A DNA stretch of 32,000 nt from Erysipelotrichaceae bacterium. Its GTDB lineage: Bacteria; Bacillota_I; Bacilli_A; Erysipelotrichales; Erysipelotrichaceae. How positions within the stretch are numbered: position 1 is the stretch's first letter; each line of letters starts with the position of its first letter. The position numbers and the translations under genes are program-made. Shown piece after piece: positions 1-10,030 of this stretch. The stretch is from assembly GCA_030604855.1 (NCBI GenBank), contig JAUVVC010000008.1, positions 30,001 through 62,000 of the forward strand. The letters are read 5' to 3'. The notes under the pieces were generated by a model. It worked only from the letters and a program-made list of their open reading frames with translations, had not been told where the DNA came from and did no database searches.

Positions 1-104
1 CTAAGGAGAACGTGCTATGATGAAGATACCCTTTAGGATGGTTGCAAGTCTTGAATAAAATAATGCGATATCGATGAGAGGCAACCTATAAATCCTGAAG
101 AGCG

Positions 105-135
105 GGGCATCTTAGTGAAATAAGATGCCCTTTCA
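105..135 (+). terminator. Rho-independent terminator-like hairpin closing a unit that lies mostly upstream of the window
   Basis: GGGCATCTTA (105-114) is perfectly complementary to TAAGATGCCC (121-130). The loop is 6 nt and TTT follows. Confidence 0.6.
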
Positions 136-140
136 TATGC

Positions 141-168
141 TTAGCCTGTTAATTATATTTGTTATAAT
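141..168 (+). promoter_or_regulatory. Sigma-A-type promoter candidate for CDS 190..654
   Basis: -35 TTAGCC (141-146) and extended -10 TGtTATAAT (160-168). AGGAG SD at 179-183, 6 nt before the TTG start. Confidence 0.45.
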
Positions 169-189
169 GAAATCAAAAAGGAGACCAGC

Positions 190-654
190 TTGGAAACACC
201 AGAAATCAGCTTAGACCAACACAAACAATTTGCCATCGAACTTTTTAACAACACTTGGGATATGCTCGAGAAAAACGATCGCAGTGATTACGATGATGTC
301 CGCATGATCCATATGGCGCACACTTCACTCTATCATTGGAGCTATGTGGGTGAAGCTGTGAATATGACCAGAGGTGAATGGCTGGTTTCAAGAGTCTATT
401 GCAGCGTAAGTCTATTGGAAAGTGCTGAATACCATGCCCAAAAGTCGTTATCCATTTGTTTGAACAATGCCATCGGGGATATTGATTTGGCGTTTGCGTA
501 TGAAGCCTTTACACGTATTTCTGCTCTAAGAAAGAATGAAGAAGACTATCATAAATACAAAGCTTTGGCCGAAGCGGCTTCAAAGCAGATCGAATCAATC
601 CATAATCGTGATTACTTTATGAGTGAACTGGAAAAAATAGAACTTAAAAAATGA
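190..654 (+). CDS. Hypothetical protein (154 aa, helical, no motif I can name)
   Basis: Uninterrupted ORF with a TTG start preceded by AGGAG at optimal spacing. It has its own promoter and a downstream terminator. No recognisable catalytic motif. Confidence 0.7.
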   Translation: METPEISLDQHKQFAIELFNNTWDMLEKNDRSDYDDVRMIHMAHTSLYHWSYVGEAVNMTRGEWLVSRVYCSVSLLESAEYHAQKSLSICLNNAIGDIDLAFAYEAFTRISALRKNEEDYHKYKALAEAASKQIESIHNRDYFMSELEKIELKK

Positions 655-688
655 CCTCATTAGAGATCATTATCAATACAGTACGATT

Positions 689-733
689 AAAGCCATCTTT
701 AACCATAGTTATGGTTGTGAAGATGGCTTTTTA
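689..733. terminator. Bidirectional terminator between convergent genes
   Basis: AAAGCCATCTT (689-699) pairs with AAGATGGCTTT (720-730). An inner AACCAT/ATGGTT hairpin lies at 701-716. A-run and T-run flanks allow function on both strands. Confidence 0.7.
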
Positions 734-2632
734 ATTACGATCGATGATTTTGATAAAGTCATCATAATCATTGGCTTGGATTGCGGCATTGATGTCATTC
801 GCACTGGTTAAGAACTGAGCGCTCTTCGCAAAGAAAACATCGAGATTATCGTGTTCATGATCACCATAAGCCAACATGAAGACCAATTGAACCATGCGTT
901 CCTTCCATTGAATGGGTTTCTTCAGGATGGCGACGGAAACGATGGTGTTGGAGCTGAAAGCTTTATCCGGATGAGGGATGGCGATCAAGTTGCCGAATTC
1001 CGTTGAGGCAACTTCTTCACGTCTTAAAATGGATTCATAGAAGCCTTCTTCGAAGTTTCGAAGTTCACTGATTTTCTGAGCCATAAAGAAAATGATTTCT
1101 TCTTTACTGCTGACCAACACATCTTTGTAAAATAATTTGCGATCGAAGTATTCCGCAATCGAACTTTCATTCTGATTGAAACGATGACGCAATGCTTGAA
1201 GATCCTGAGCACTCAACAATGTGGATACATAGATGATCGGAGTGATGGTTTTGACGCTTAACGGTACTGTGGAGACAATCAAATCGAAATCCCTGAGATC
1301 CAGGTTTCTGATGGACAGTGCATCTTTTGTGATCACTTCTTCAAGGAAGGGATTGAATTCTTGTTTGAAACGATACTCGAGCAATTTGGCAGTTCCATGT
1401 CCGGTTGAACACACTAAGAGTACGCGTTTTCGATTAACTGCTACTTTATGTCTTTCCAAGGCAAGATAGAAATGGAGTGCGATATACGCGATTTCATCTT
1501 CGGTCAATGTTGTGTTATAGCGTATGTTTATGACTTCAGACGCAACCATGGCGGTCTCAAATGCCTGCTTATGTGCTTTGATGTCTGCCAACAAAGGATT
1601 CTTCATCATCAACTTATAGCGGATACGCTTGACCATGGGTTCTGAATGCAAACCGAGTGCGACACGAAGTTCCAGGTCCTTGGTCAAATCGACATCCAAA
1701 ACCAAACGGACACGCTCGATCATGGCCACGACCAACTCATCAACTTCGGAACTCACGACATGAGGTTCCAGTTCAGACTGACCATAGACCCGCTTGCCGG
1801 ATAGATGCATCGATACATAGCCTTTTTCATCCTCAGGAAATCTATAACCGAATTGACGTTCCAACTCCGAGATGATTTCATGGGCGATCTGGTATTCCAC
1901 AGAATCTTTGAGACTTTCCAAATGGGATGTGTCCATCACAATCGATTCACCGATTTTGACACGTTCCAAGGCCACAAACAAGTGAATGACCAAGTTGTGG
2001 AAAACGACCTCACTGGTCTCATAATGATGGTGATTGAAGACATGAAGAATGTTTCTACGCATCTCTTCCAAGATCCACTGCGTCTCAAACTCATCCTCTT
2101 CCAAAGCGACCCCATCGTTGTATAAGAGGTTGGCGATGCAGAGACGTAGATTCAACTCACTGCCATTGATCTTCATGCCATGGTGGGGACGGACATCCAA
2201 ATAGAGTTGATACGGTTCGATTTTTTGACGCAAGACTTGCAGATCAGCGCTCAATTGCGACTTTGAAATGGCGAGCTGTTCACAGAGATCATTGGCACGC
2301 AGGTAATTCTTTTCAAATAACAGTGTCTTTAATAGAAATTGCACGCGACTGGGTTTATAGGATAGGTTGTCCTCTTCATAAGCATATTGAGCCCAATGGT
2401 TGGCTAAGAAATCACGAAACGCATCCATATCGACGACTTCAAAACGATAGCCATAACGTGCTTTCGCATCGATATGGCCACCATGTTTCTCAAGTAGGGT
2501 ATCCAATACCTTGATTTCATTGCGTACGGTCTTTGGACTTACATTCAGCTCTTGAGCAATTTTTTCACTGGTCAGATAGCTTTGATTGTCACTGAGAAGA
2601 TCAAAGATCTTTTTGAGTCGCGTTTCATTCAT
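731..2632 (-). CDS. PRD-domain transcriptional activator of the LicR/CelR/MtlR type (HTH, PRD1, PRD2, EIIB-like, EIIA-like)
   Basis: 633 aa. N-terminal HTH (YLTSEKIAQELNVSPKTVRNEI), two PRD-like regions, an EIIB(Gat)-like VLLVCSTGHGTAKLLE with the conserved Cys, and a C-terminal EIIA(Mtl/Fru)-like GNLIAIPHP with the conserved His. Divergent from a PTS operon. Confidence 0.9.
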   Translation of the reverse strand: MNETRLKKIFDLLSDNQSYLTSEKIAQELNVSPKTVRNEIKVLDTLLEKHGGHIDAKARYGYRFEVVDMDAFRDFLANHWAQYAYEEDNLSYKPSRVQFLLKTLLFEKNYLRANDLCEQLAISKSQLSADLQVLRQKIEPYQLYLDVRPHHGMKINGSELNLRLCIANLLYNDGVALEEDEFETQWILEEMRRNILHVFNHHHYETSEVVFHNLVIHLFVALERVKIGESIVMDTSHLESLKDSVEYQIAHEIISELERQFGYRFPEDEKGYVSMHLSGKRVYGQSELEPHVVSSEVDELVVAMIERVRLVLDVDLTKDLELRVALGLHSEPMVKRIRYKLMMKNPLLADIKAHKQAFETAMVASEVINIRYNTTLTEDEIAYIALHFYLALERHKVAVNRKRVLLVCSTGHGTAKLLEYRFKQEFNPFLEEVITKDALSIRNLDLRDFDLIVSTVPLSVKTITPIIYVSTLLSAQDLQALRHRFNQNESSIAEYFDRKLFYKDVLVSSKEEIIFFMAQKISELRNFEEGFYESILRREEVASTEFGNLIAIPHPDKAFSSNTIVSVAILKKPIQWKERMVQLVFMLAYGDHEHDNLDVFFAKSAQFLTSANDINAAIQANDYDDFIKIIDRN

Positions 2633-2702
2633 TGGCTTAATGATACCAAAAAAACACAGGGATGAGACAAATTAAAGCGATGTAAGTCGAATTATGTGAT
2701 TT

Positions 2703-2716
2703 TGTTAACGCTTTCT
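2703..2716. promoter_or_regulatory. Candidate catabolite-responsive element (cre, CcpA site) in the licR-like/PTS divergent region
   Basis: TGTTAACGCTTTCT matches the cre consensus TGWAANCGNTNWCA at 12 of 14 positions (A at position 4 and the final A are not matched). It sits upstream of a possible TTGAAC (2745-2750) / TAGAAT (2766-2771) promoter whose 15-nt spacer is short. Confidence 0.4.
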
Positions 2717-2816
2717 ACCACAATAATGTGGAAAAAGGTCAAATTGAACACAAATTTAAATTCGATAGAATAGTGTATGTAAGTCCGATGGATTTGCTAG
2801 AAGAAAGGATTCGACA

Positions 2817-3137
2817 ATGGATGATACAAAGTATCAAACAGCGTTCCAAATCATTCTTCATGCCGGGAATTCGAAGTCATATTCGATGATGGCCATGCAG
2901 AAGGCACGCGAAGGGGAGCTTGAAGAAGCTGGGCAATTCGTGATTCAAGCCGATGGTGCCTTACAAGAAGCACACCAGATTCAAACAGAATTAGTGCATT
3001 CTGAGGTCACTGGCAGTAGCGTCGATATGAACATCATCATGGTTCATGCTCAAGATCACTTGGGAATGGCAATGATGATGCGTGATGTCGCCAATGAAGT
3101 GATTCACATCTATCGGAAATTCGGGCAGGTTCTTTAA
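2817..3137 (+). CDS. PTS lactose/cellobiose-family EIIA component
   Basis: 106 aa. Typical three-helix EIIA(Lac/Cel) sequence with HAQDHL containing the phosphorylatable His. SD GAAAGGA upstream. Confidence 0.9.
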   Translation: MDDTKYQTAFQIILHAGNSKSYSMMAMQKAREGELEEAGQFVIQADGALQEAHQIQTELVHSEVTGSSVDMNIIMVHAQDHLGMAMMMRDVANEVIHIYRKFGQVL

Positions 3138-3146
3138 AGGAGATTT

Positions 3147-3452
3147 ATGATCGTCATTAAATTGTTTTGCCAGGCGGGAATGTCGACATCCTTACTGGTC
3201 TACAAGATGAATCAATCCGCTAAAGAGCGTGGTATCGAATGTCAAATCAAGGCGTATCCAGCTGGTTCGCTTATGACAGAAGTACCTTCCGCCGATGTGG
3301 TTCTTTTGGGTCCACAGTTAAGTTATCTTCAGGCCGATGCGCTTAGGTTTGCTAAGCCGCACAGTGTTCCAGTAGCCATCATCCGCATGCAAGACTATGG
3401 ATTGGTCAATGGAGCAGCAGTTTTGGATTTCGCATTAGGATTAAAAAAATAG
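3147..3452 (+). CDS. PTS lactose/cellobiose-family EIIB component
   Basis: 101 aa. N-terminal LFCQAGMSTSLLV with the active-site Cys (canonical C-x-AGMSTS). SD AAAGGAG upstream. Confidence 0.9.
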   Translation: MIVIKLFCQAGMSTSLLVYKMNQSAKERGIECQIKAYPAGSLMTEVPSADVVLLGPQLSYLQADALRFAKPHSVPVAIIRMQDYGLVNGAAVLDFALGLKK

Positions 3453-3488
3453 ACTTGGTGTTTAAACACACATGAAAGGGATGGAATA

Positions 3489-4817
3489 ATGCAAGACTTT
3501 TTAAATGACAAAGTGCTTCCTCCAGTAATGGATTTCGTTACGTCGAAGCCTGTCTCCGCAATCAAAGATGGTATGGTTGCGACAATCACATTGACGCTTG
3601 TTGGTTCGATTTTCCTCTTGTTGGCAAATTTCCCATACGCGCCAATCAAAGATTTCTTTATTGCTATCGGCGTTCAAAGCCACATGATGCAAGTATACCG
3701 TGCTTCCTTCAACATCTTGGCAGTCGTTGCGTCCTTCGCAATTGCTTACCAATACGCTAAACATGCAGGTAAAGATGGTTTAGGCGCGGGTATCTTATCC
3801 GTAGTCGCTTTCTTCACCTTGATTCCACATACTCAAGTTGTATCGGGTGTTGCGGAAGTCAGCCAAGAAGCTGTTAAAATCACCGTCGCAAATATCCTAC
3901 CGATGTCCTACACAGGATCCAAAGGTTTGATTGCAGCTCTGATCGTTGGGGTTTTGGTTGGTATCGTTTATGACTTCTTCTTGACGAAAGGTTATACGAT
4001 CAAAATGCCTGAAGGCGTTCCACCGAATATTGCAAACTCATTCTCTGCTTTGACTCCAGGGGCTGTTGTCTTCACCGCAGCGTTCTTGATCAATGCCGTC
4101 TTCGTTAACTTCTTCAGCACAACCTTCGTGGATTGGGTCTATGTTACAATCCAAACACCTTTGTCCGGCGTAACCGGTTCATTGGGTGGTGTAATGGTTC
4201 TTGCGTTCATGGTTTCCATGTTGTGGTGGTTGGGTGTCCATGGTGCTTCCCTTGTTGGTGGTATCACAAGCTCCATCGCTACGGCAAACATGTTGGCGAA
4301 CCAAGCGATTTTGGATTCTGGTCTTGCTTTGACCGCTGAAAATGGCGCTGCCATCATGACAACGCAAATGGATGCATTGTGGAGAATCACAGGTTCTGGT
4401 ATCACATTCGGTGTCGTTGTGGCGATGTTGCTTGCACGCTCCAAACAATTCAAAACTTTGGGTAAATTAGCCTTGCCTCCAGCACTCTTCAATATCAATG
4501 AGCCAATTCTATTCGGTACGCCGATTGTCTTGAACCCATTCTTATTCATTCCGTTCGTTGTTGTTCCAGTTGTTGCGGCTGCAGGTGCTTACTTAGCAAT
4601 CGCTTCTGGTTTGGTTCCTTACTACGGTGGTATCACTGTTCCTTGGACAACCCCTCCAATCATCTCTGGTTTCATCACCGGTGGATGGAGAGCCGCATTG
4701 CTTCAACTTGTCATCATTCTTTGGTCAATCGTTGGTTACTATCCTTTCATTAAGAAAATGGACCAAGATAACATGAAGCTTGAACAAGAAGCTGAAGCTG
4801 CACATCACGCAGAATAA
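3489..4817 (+). CDS. PTS lactose/cellobiose-family EIIC permease
   Basis: 442 aa, polytopic and hydrophobic, with the length and N-terminal layout typical of EIIC(Cel). Directly follows EIIA and EIIB. Confidence 0.9.
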   Translation: MQDFLNDKVLPPVMDFVTSKPVSAIKDGMVATITLTLVGSIFLLLANFPYAPIKDFFIAIGVQSHMMQVYRASFNILAVVASFAIAYQYAKHAGKDGLGAGILSVVAFFTLIPHTQVVSGVAEVSQEAVKITVANILPMSYTGSKGLIAALIVGVLVGIVYDFFLTKGYTIKMPEGVPPNIANSFSALTPGAVVFTAAFLINAVFVNFFSTTFVDWVYVTIQTPLSGVTGSLGGVMVLAFMVSMLWWLGVHGASLVGGITSSIATANMLANQAILDSGLALTAENGAAIMTTQMDALWRITGSGITFGVVVAMLLARSKQFKTLGKLALPPALFNINEPILFGTPIVLNPFLFIPFVVVPVVAAAGAYLAIASGLVPYYGGITVPWTTPPIISGFITGGWRAALLQLVIILWSIVGYYPFIKKMDQDNMKLEQEAEAAHHAE

Positions 4818-4833
4818 TCTAAACTGTATTCAG

Positions 4834-4860
4834 AGCGCTTTGGTTCCCAAAGCGCTTTAA
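4834..4860 (+). terminator. Intra-operon hairpin (weak terminator, attenuator or mRNA-processing/stability element) between EIIC and the GH1 gene
   Basis: AGCGCTTTGG (4834-4843) pairs with CCAAAGCGCT (4847-4856) around a 3-nt loop. The tail is only TTTAATCTATTT. Confidence 0.5.
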
Positions 4861-6348
<1,488 letters not shown>

Positions 6349-6364
6349 GCTTGGTTCAAGTGAC

Positions 6365-6396
6365 GAAGTCATCGGTAAAACGATGACTTTTTCTTT
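6365..6396 (+). terminator. Rho-independent terminator of the PTS/GH1 operon
   Basis: GAAGTCATCG (6365-6374) pairs with CGATGACTTT (6381-6390) around a 6-nt loop, followed by a T-rich run TTCTTTGTTT. Confidence 0.75.
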
Positions 6397-6446
6397 GTTT
6401 GAATAACAATTGCATCTATGAGAAGATGAGAGAAAGAGGTTTTATT

Positions 6447-7328
6447 ATGGAACTAAGAGTACTCGAATACTTCATCATGATAGCAAAAGAAGGGAATATC
6501 ACCCGTGCTGCCGAACGTTTGCACATCACGCAACCTACCTTGAGTCGCCAACTTAGTGATTTGGAGAAAGAGTTGAATACTCAGTTGTTCATACGTGGTA
6601 AACGCTCTATTGTGTTGACCGAAAGTGGGCAATTATTGATGCAAAGAGCTCAAGAGTTGATTAATTTAGCCGCGAAAACAGAACGTGACCTTTTAGAATC
6701 AAAGGGTGAGCTCATAGGAACCATCGCTATCGGTTGTGTTGAGAGTGAGGCGTCTCGCTTCTTAGCAAGTTGGATGAAGGGTTTCAGTGATAAACAAGCC
6801 TGTGTCGTATTTGATTTGGTCAGTGCCAACGGAGATGATTTAAGGGAGAAATTGGATCGAGGCATTTTAGATCTGGCCATTCTTCTTGAGCCCATAGAAT
6901 CCGCTAAATATGATTCAATTCGATTGGACATCAAAGAACGTTGGGGAATCCTTTTGCCTAGAAATCATCCCTACGCTTCACTTGATCACATCAATGTCGA
7001 ACAGCTCAAGACATTACCCTTGAGCTTATCGCGACGTTCCATAGTCCAAGATGAAATGGAACGATGGTTGAGCGTATCGCGTGATGAATTGAACATCATC
7101 GTGACACAGAATTTATTAACCAATAGTTTGTTGTTGCTAGAAGAGGGCATCGCTTTTCCATTAACAATCGAAGGTGCATTTACAATACGTCCAGACGATG
7201 ATATTTGTTTCGTTCCTTTTCATCCTGAGCGCATCACGAACCATGTGCTCGCATGGAAAAAGAACCAAGTCATGAATCCTGCGACACGTATGTTCTTACA
7301 GTTCATAATCAATGCCTTAGAGGCATAG
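6447..7328 (+). CDS. LysR-family transcriptional regulator
   Basis: N-terminal HTH MELRVLEYFIMIAKEGNITRAAERLHITQPTLSRQLSDLE and a C-terminal LysR substrate-binding fold. I chose ATG 6447 (SD AGAAAGAGG) over the track's TTG 6399, which overlaps the upstream terminator T-run. Confidence 0.88.
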   Translation: MELRVLEYFIMIAKEGNITRAAERLHITQPTLSRQLSDLEKELNTQLFIRGKRSIVLTESGQLLMQRAQELINLAAKTERDLLESKGELIGTIAIGCVESEASRFLASWMKGFSDKQACVVFDLVSANGDDLREKLDRGILDLAILLEPIESAKYDSIRLDIKERWGILLPRNHPYASLDHINVEQLKTLPLSLSRRSIVQDEMERWLSVSRDELNIIVTQNLLTNSLLLLEEGIAFPLTIEGAFTIRPDDDICFVPFHPERITNHVLAWKKNQVMNPATRMFLQFIINALEA

Positions 7329-7402
7329 TAAAGTATTCAATATAAGTATTCGCTATATATTGGTTTCAACTTTATACTATCCATAGAAGTGAGGAAACAC
7401 AC

Positions 7403-8785
7403 ATGACATGGATAGCACGCTGGGTTGAACCCAAACACCAAGTATCAGAAGAACGTAAAATATTCAATAACGCATACCTTAAACAATTGATCCTACCTCT
7501 GTTCATTGAACAGTTTTTAGTGATGTCAGTTGGAATCGCGGATACCTTGATGGTCAGTTACGCTGGTGAAGCAGCGGTATCGGGTGTTTCCCTCGTAAAC
7601 ATGTTCATCACCATCTTTATCTATATCTTCACAGCTTTGGCATCTGGGGGTGCGGTCGTGGTGAGTCAAACCGTTGGACGTAAAGATCGCTCCTTATCGG
7701 ATCTTGCCGCAAGTCAATTGGTCACCTTATCAGGTGTCATATCGATTTTTTCACTCATCGTGACCTTAGCATCCAGACGTTTGATTCTGGGTTGGTTGTT
7801 TGGAAGTGTTGAACCAGCGGTCATGGAAGCCAGCGTCACGTATCTAACGGTTATGACCTATACATTCCCTGCAATTGCACTCTATAATGCTGGCGCAGCT
7901 CTATTTAGAAGTATGGGCCGTACAAAAAGTACGATGCATCTATCTTTATGGATGAATGGAATAAACATCATCGGCAACTACATTGGCGTCTTCATTCTAA
8001 GAGCCGGTGTCGCTGGTGTTGCGTGGCCAACATTCATCTCACGTGCTTTTGCGGCGCTTGTGATCATTATTTGGTGTTTTAGAGAAAACCAAGAGTTGAC
8101 CCTTAGAATTAAACAAATATTCAGTTGGCATGCGGACATGATGAAACGCATTCTCAGAATCGCAATCCCAAATTCGATCGAACAAGGACTTTTCCAAATA
8201 TCTAAGCTTGTCTTGAGTTCTATAACAGCGCTATTTGGTACAAGTCAGATTGCAGCCAATGGCGTTGCACAGAGCTTCTGGTCAATGGCTGCTTTAGTTG
8301 GAGTCTCTTTTGGACCAGCCTTCATTACCATCATCGGTCAAACATTAGGTTCCAAGGATATCGAAGCTGCTAAGTATTACATGGTTAAACTTTTGAAGAT
8401 AACCATGTTGAGTTCTGTTGCTTGGAATGCATTGATGTTGCTTATCGTTCCTCTAGCTTTGATGGCTTATGATTTAAGCCCAGAGACCAAGCAATTGGTC
8501 ATCATCTTGGTCATCATTCATAATCTCTTCAATGCCTTCGTGTTTCCAATCTCATCCCCATTTACAAACGGTTTAAGAGCGGGTGGAGATGTACGCTATG
8601 CAATGTTTGTATCCATCTTCGCGACGGTGGTTGTCCGTGTCATCTTGTCCTATCTGTTTGGCATCGTTTTCAACCTTGGCGTCATCGGTATTGCCTTAGC
8701 TATGGGCGTGGATTGGTGTGTACGTGCCTTCTTGAGTCTACGACGTTACCAGAGTGGTCGATGGTTGGTTCATCAAGTTATTTAG
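7403..8785 (+). CDS. MATE-family efflux transporter
   Basis: 460 aa, about 12 TM segments. N-terminal region ILPLFIEQFLVMSVGIADTLMVS is typical of MATE/NorM-like proteins. SD GAGGAA. Confidence 0.85.
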   Translation: MTWIARWVEPKHQVSEERKIFNNAYLKQLILPLFIEQFLVMSVGIADTLMVSYAGEAAVSGVSLVNMFITIFIYIFTALASGGAVVVSQTVGRKDRSLSDLAASQLVTLSGVISIFSLIVTLASRRLILGWLFGSVEPAVMEASVTYLTVMTYTFPAIALYNAGAALFRSMGRTKSTMHLSLWMNGINIIGNYIGVFILRAGVAGVAWPTFISRAFAALVIIIWCFRENQELTLRIKQIFSWHADMMKRILRIAIPNSIEQGLFQISKLVLSSITALFGTSQIAANGVAQSFWSMAALVGVSFGPAFITIIGQTLGSKDIEAAKYYMVKLLKITMLSSVAWNALMLLIVPLALMAYDLSPETKQLVIILVIIHNLFNAFVFPISSPFTNGLRAGGDVRYAMFVSIFATVVVRVILSYLFGIVFNLGVIGIALAMGVDWCVRAFLSLRRYQSGRWLVHQVI

Positions 8786-8803
8786 GATTTTGAAAGGAAC
8801 ATT

Positions 8804-9991
8804 ATGACCAAAAATTTAAACACAAAAGTCATGCTATCTATATTTGCAGCCATGTCAATATATCTATTCGCAGCAGCGGGTGGATATATGAATCCAAACA
8901 TACAAACCAGCATCGAGGCTTGGCCTTCAGTACCCGCAGATCAGATTCGACTATTAAATACTTTACCTGCTTTGATCAGTCTACCTGTCATGCTTCTTGT
9001 AAGCAGTCAAATCGGTAAGCGTATCAACTACAAGACAGCGATTCTGATTGGGACATTTCTAATCTTAGTTGGTGGTGTGGGTCCTTATTTCTATGCGCCA
9101 TCTTGGAATACCGTTCTTGCCTTTCGTATGATCGTCGGTCTAGGTTCAGGCTTCTTTGGAATTCGTACCGCACTCTTGATTCATACAGTACCAAAAGAGA
9201 AGCGTGCCCGCTATCTTGGTTTGACAGGAATCTTATCAAGTTTGGCTACTACAGTCATCTCGCCAATCACAGGCTCGTTGGCAGAAATCAGCTGGCGCCA
9301 TCCTTTCTTGATTAACTTCTTTGTCATCGTGATCGCATTGTTTGTTGGAACATTCTTGATTGAACCTGATCATGAGCAACACGCAAAGGACAACGCAGAA
9401 GCACCTGTTGATGCGAAGTTTCCTTGGATGAGTTTGGTCTACATCGCCATTCAATTCATCACAACCATGACCATGTATCCAATGTTATCCGGGATTTCAA
9501 CGTTCATGCGTGAACAAAGTCTAGGCACAGCCTCTGTTGCAGGTTTAGCAATATCGTTTTATACCTTAGGGGGAGCGATGATTGGTTTGATTCTACCAAA
9601 GACACAAATCTGGTTTGGTCGTCGTACACAAGGCGTCGCATTGGTATTGGGTGCTGTTGGTCAGCTGATTGTCATCTTTGCTCCACATGCAATGATCGCA
9701 TGGTTGGGGGCATTCATTTGTGGAACAGGTTTTATCTTGATTGTGAATACTTTCCAGCTTTACAATGCTAAGATCGCCCATCCAAGTAAAATGGCATTAG
9801 GCTCTACGCTGCTGATCGCATCCATGCAAGCGGGTGTGTTCGCATCAAATTACTTCATCAGTCTCTCTCATATCGTTATCAAGGCAAACAGCGAAGTCAT
9901 GAGCTCTTACTGGGCAAATATCGCAATCTATGCGATTCTAGCAGCCTTTGCGATAACTGGCTTTTTAGCTCCAAAAGCAGATAAGAAATAA
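8804..9991 (+). CDS. MFS transporter
   Basis: 395 aa, about 12 TM segments with a central hydrophilic loop (EPDHEQHAKDNAEAPVD) splitting two 6-TM halves. An MFS-like loop motif lies at GKRINYKTA. Confidence 0.8.
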   Translation: MTKNLNTKVMLSIFAAMSIYLFAAAGGYMNPNIQTSIEAWPSVPADQIRLLNTLPALISLPVMLLVSSQIGKRINYKTAILIGTFLILVGGVGPYFYAPSWNTVLAFRMIVGLGSGFFGIRTALLIHTVPKEKRARYLGLTGILSSLATTVISPITGSLAEISWRHPFLINFFVIVIALFVGTFLIEPDHEQHAKDNAEAPVDAKFPWMSLVYIAIQFITTMTMYPMLSGISTFMREQSLGTASVAGLAISFYTLGGAMIGLILPKTQIWFGRRTQGVALVLGAVGQLIVIFAPHAMIAWLGAFICGTGFILIVNTFQLYNAKIAHPSKMALGSTLLIASMQAGVFASNYFISLSHIVIKANSEVMSSYWANIAIYAILAAFAITGFLAPKADKK

Positions 9992-10030
9992 TCGATAGAA
10001 TGTACTAAAATTGTTATAAGGAGAACAATC

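Noticed and set aside
105-130. The hairpins at 105-130 and 28381-28403 share the 9-nt arm GGGCATCTT/AAGATGCCC, which might indicate a dispersed repeat family.
   Set aside because: There are only two copies, in opposite orientation, with different loops and flanks and one mismatched arm. This is most simply a chance similarity between two GC-clamped terminators.
1024-2514. Six 62-106-aa ORFs within the LicR-type regulator gene: five on the opposite strand and one (1024..1212) same-strand but out of frame.
   Set aside because: All lie entirely within a 633-aa ORF with clear domain motifs. None has an SD site, and their translations are low-complexity or Arg/His-rich, as expected for out-of-frame reads. 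The same reasoning applies to nested ORFs at 3395-3764, 4133-4549, 5030-6091, 6650-6934, 9024-9781, 10460-10920, 11683-12064, 12519-12824, 14815-15116, 16295-16719 and 17580-18185.
6399-6446. N-terminal extensions proposed by the ORF track (6399 TTG, 13593 GTG, 18681 GTG, 21183 GTG, 26538 ATG, 27067 ATG).
   Set aside because: In every case an internal ATG is preceded by a good SD at 6-9 nt and matches the usual N-terminus of the family. The extension overlaps a terminator, the SD itself or the preceding gene.
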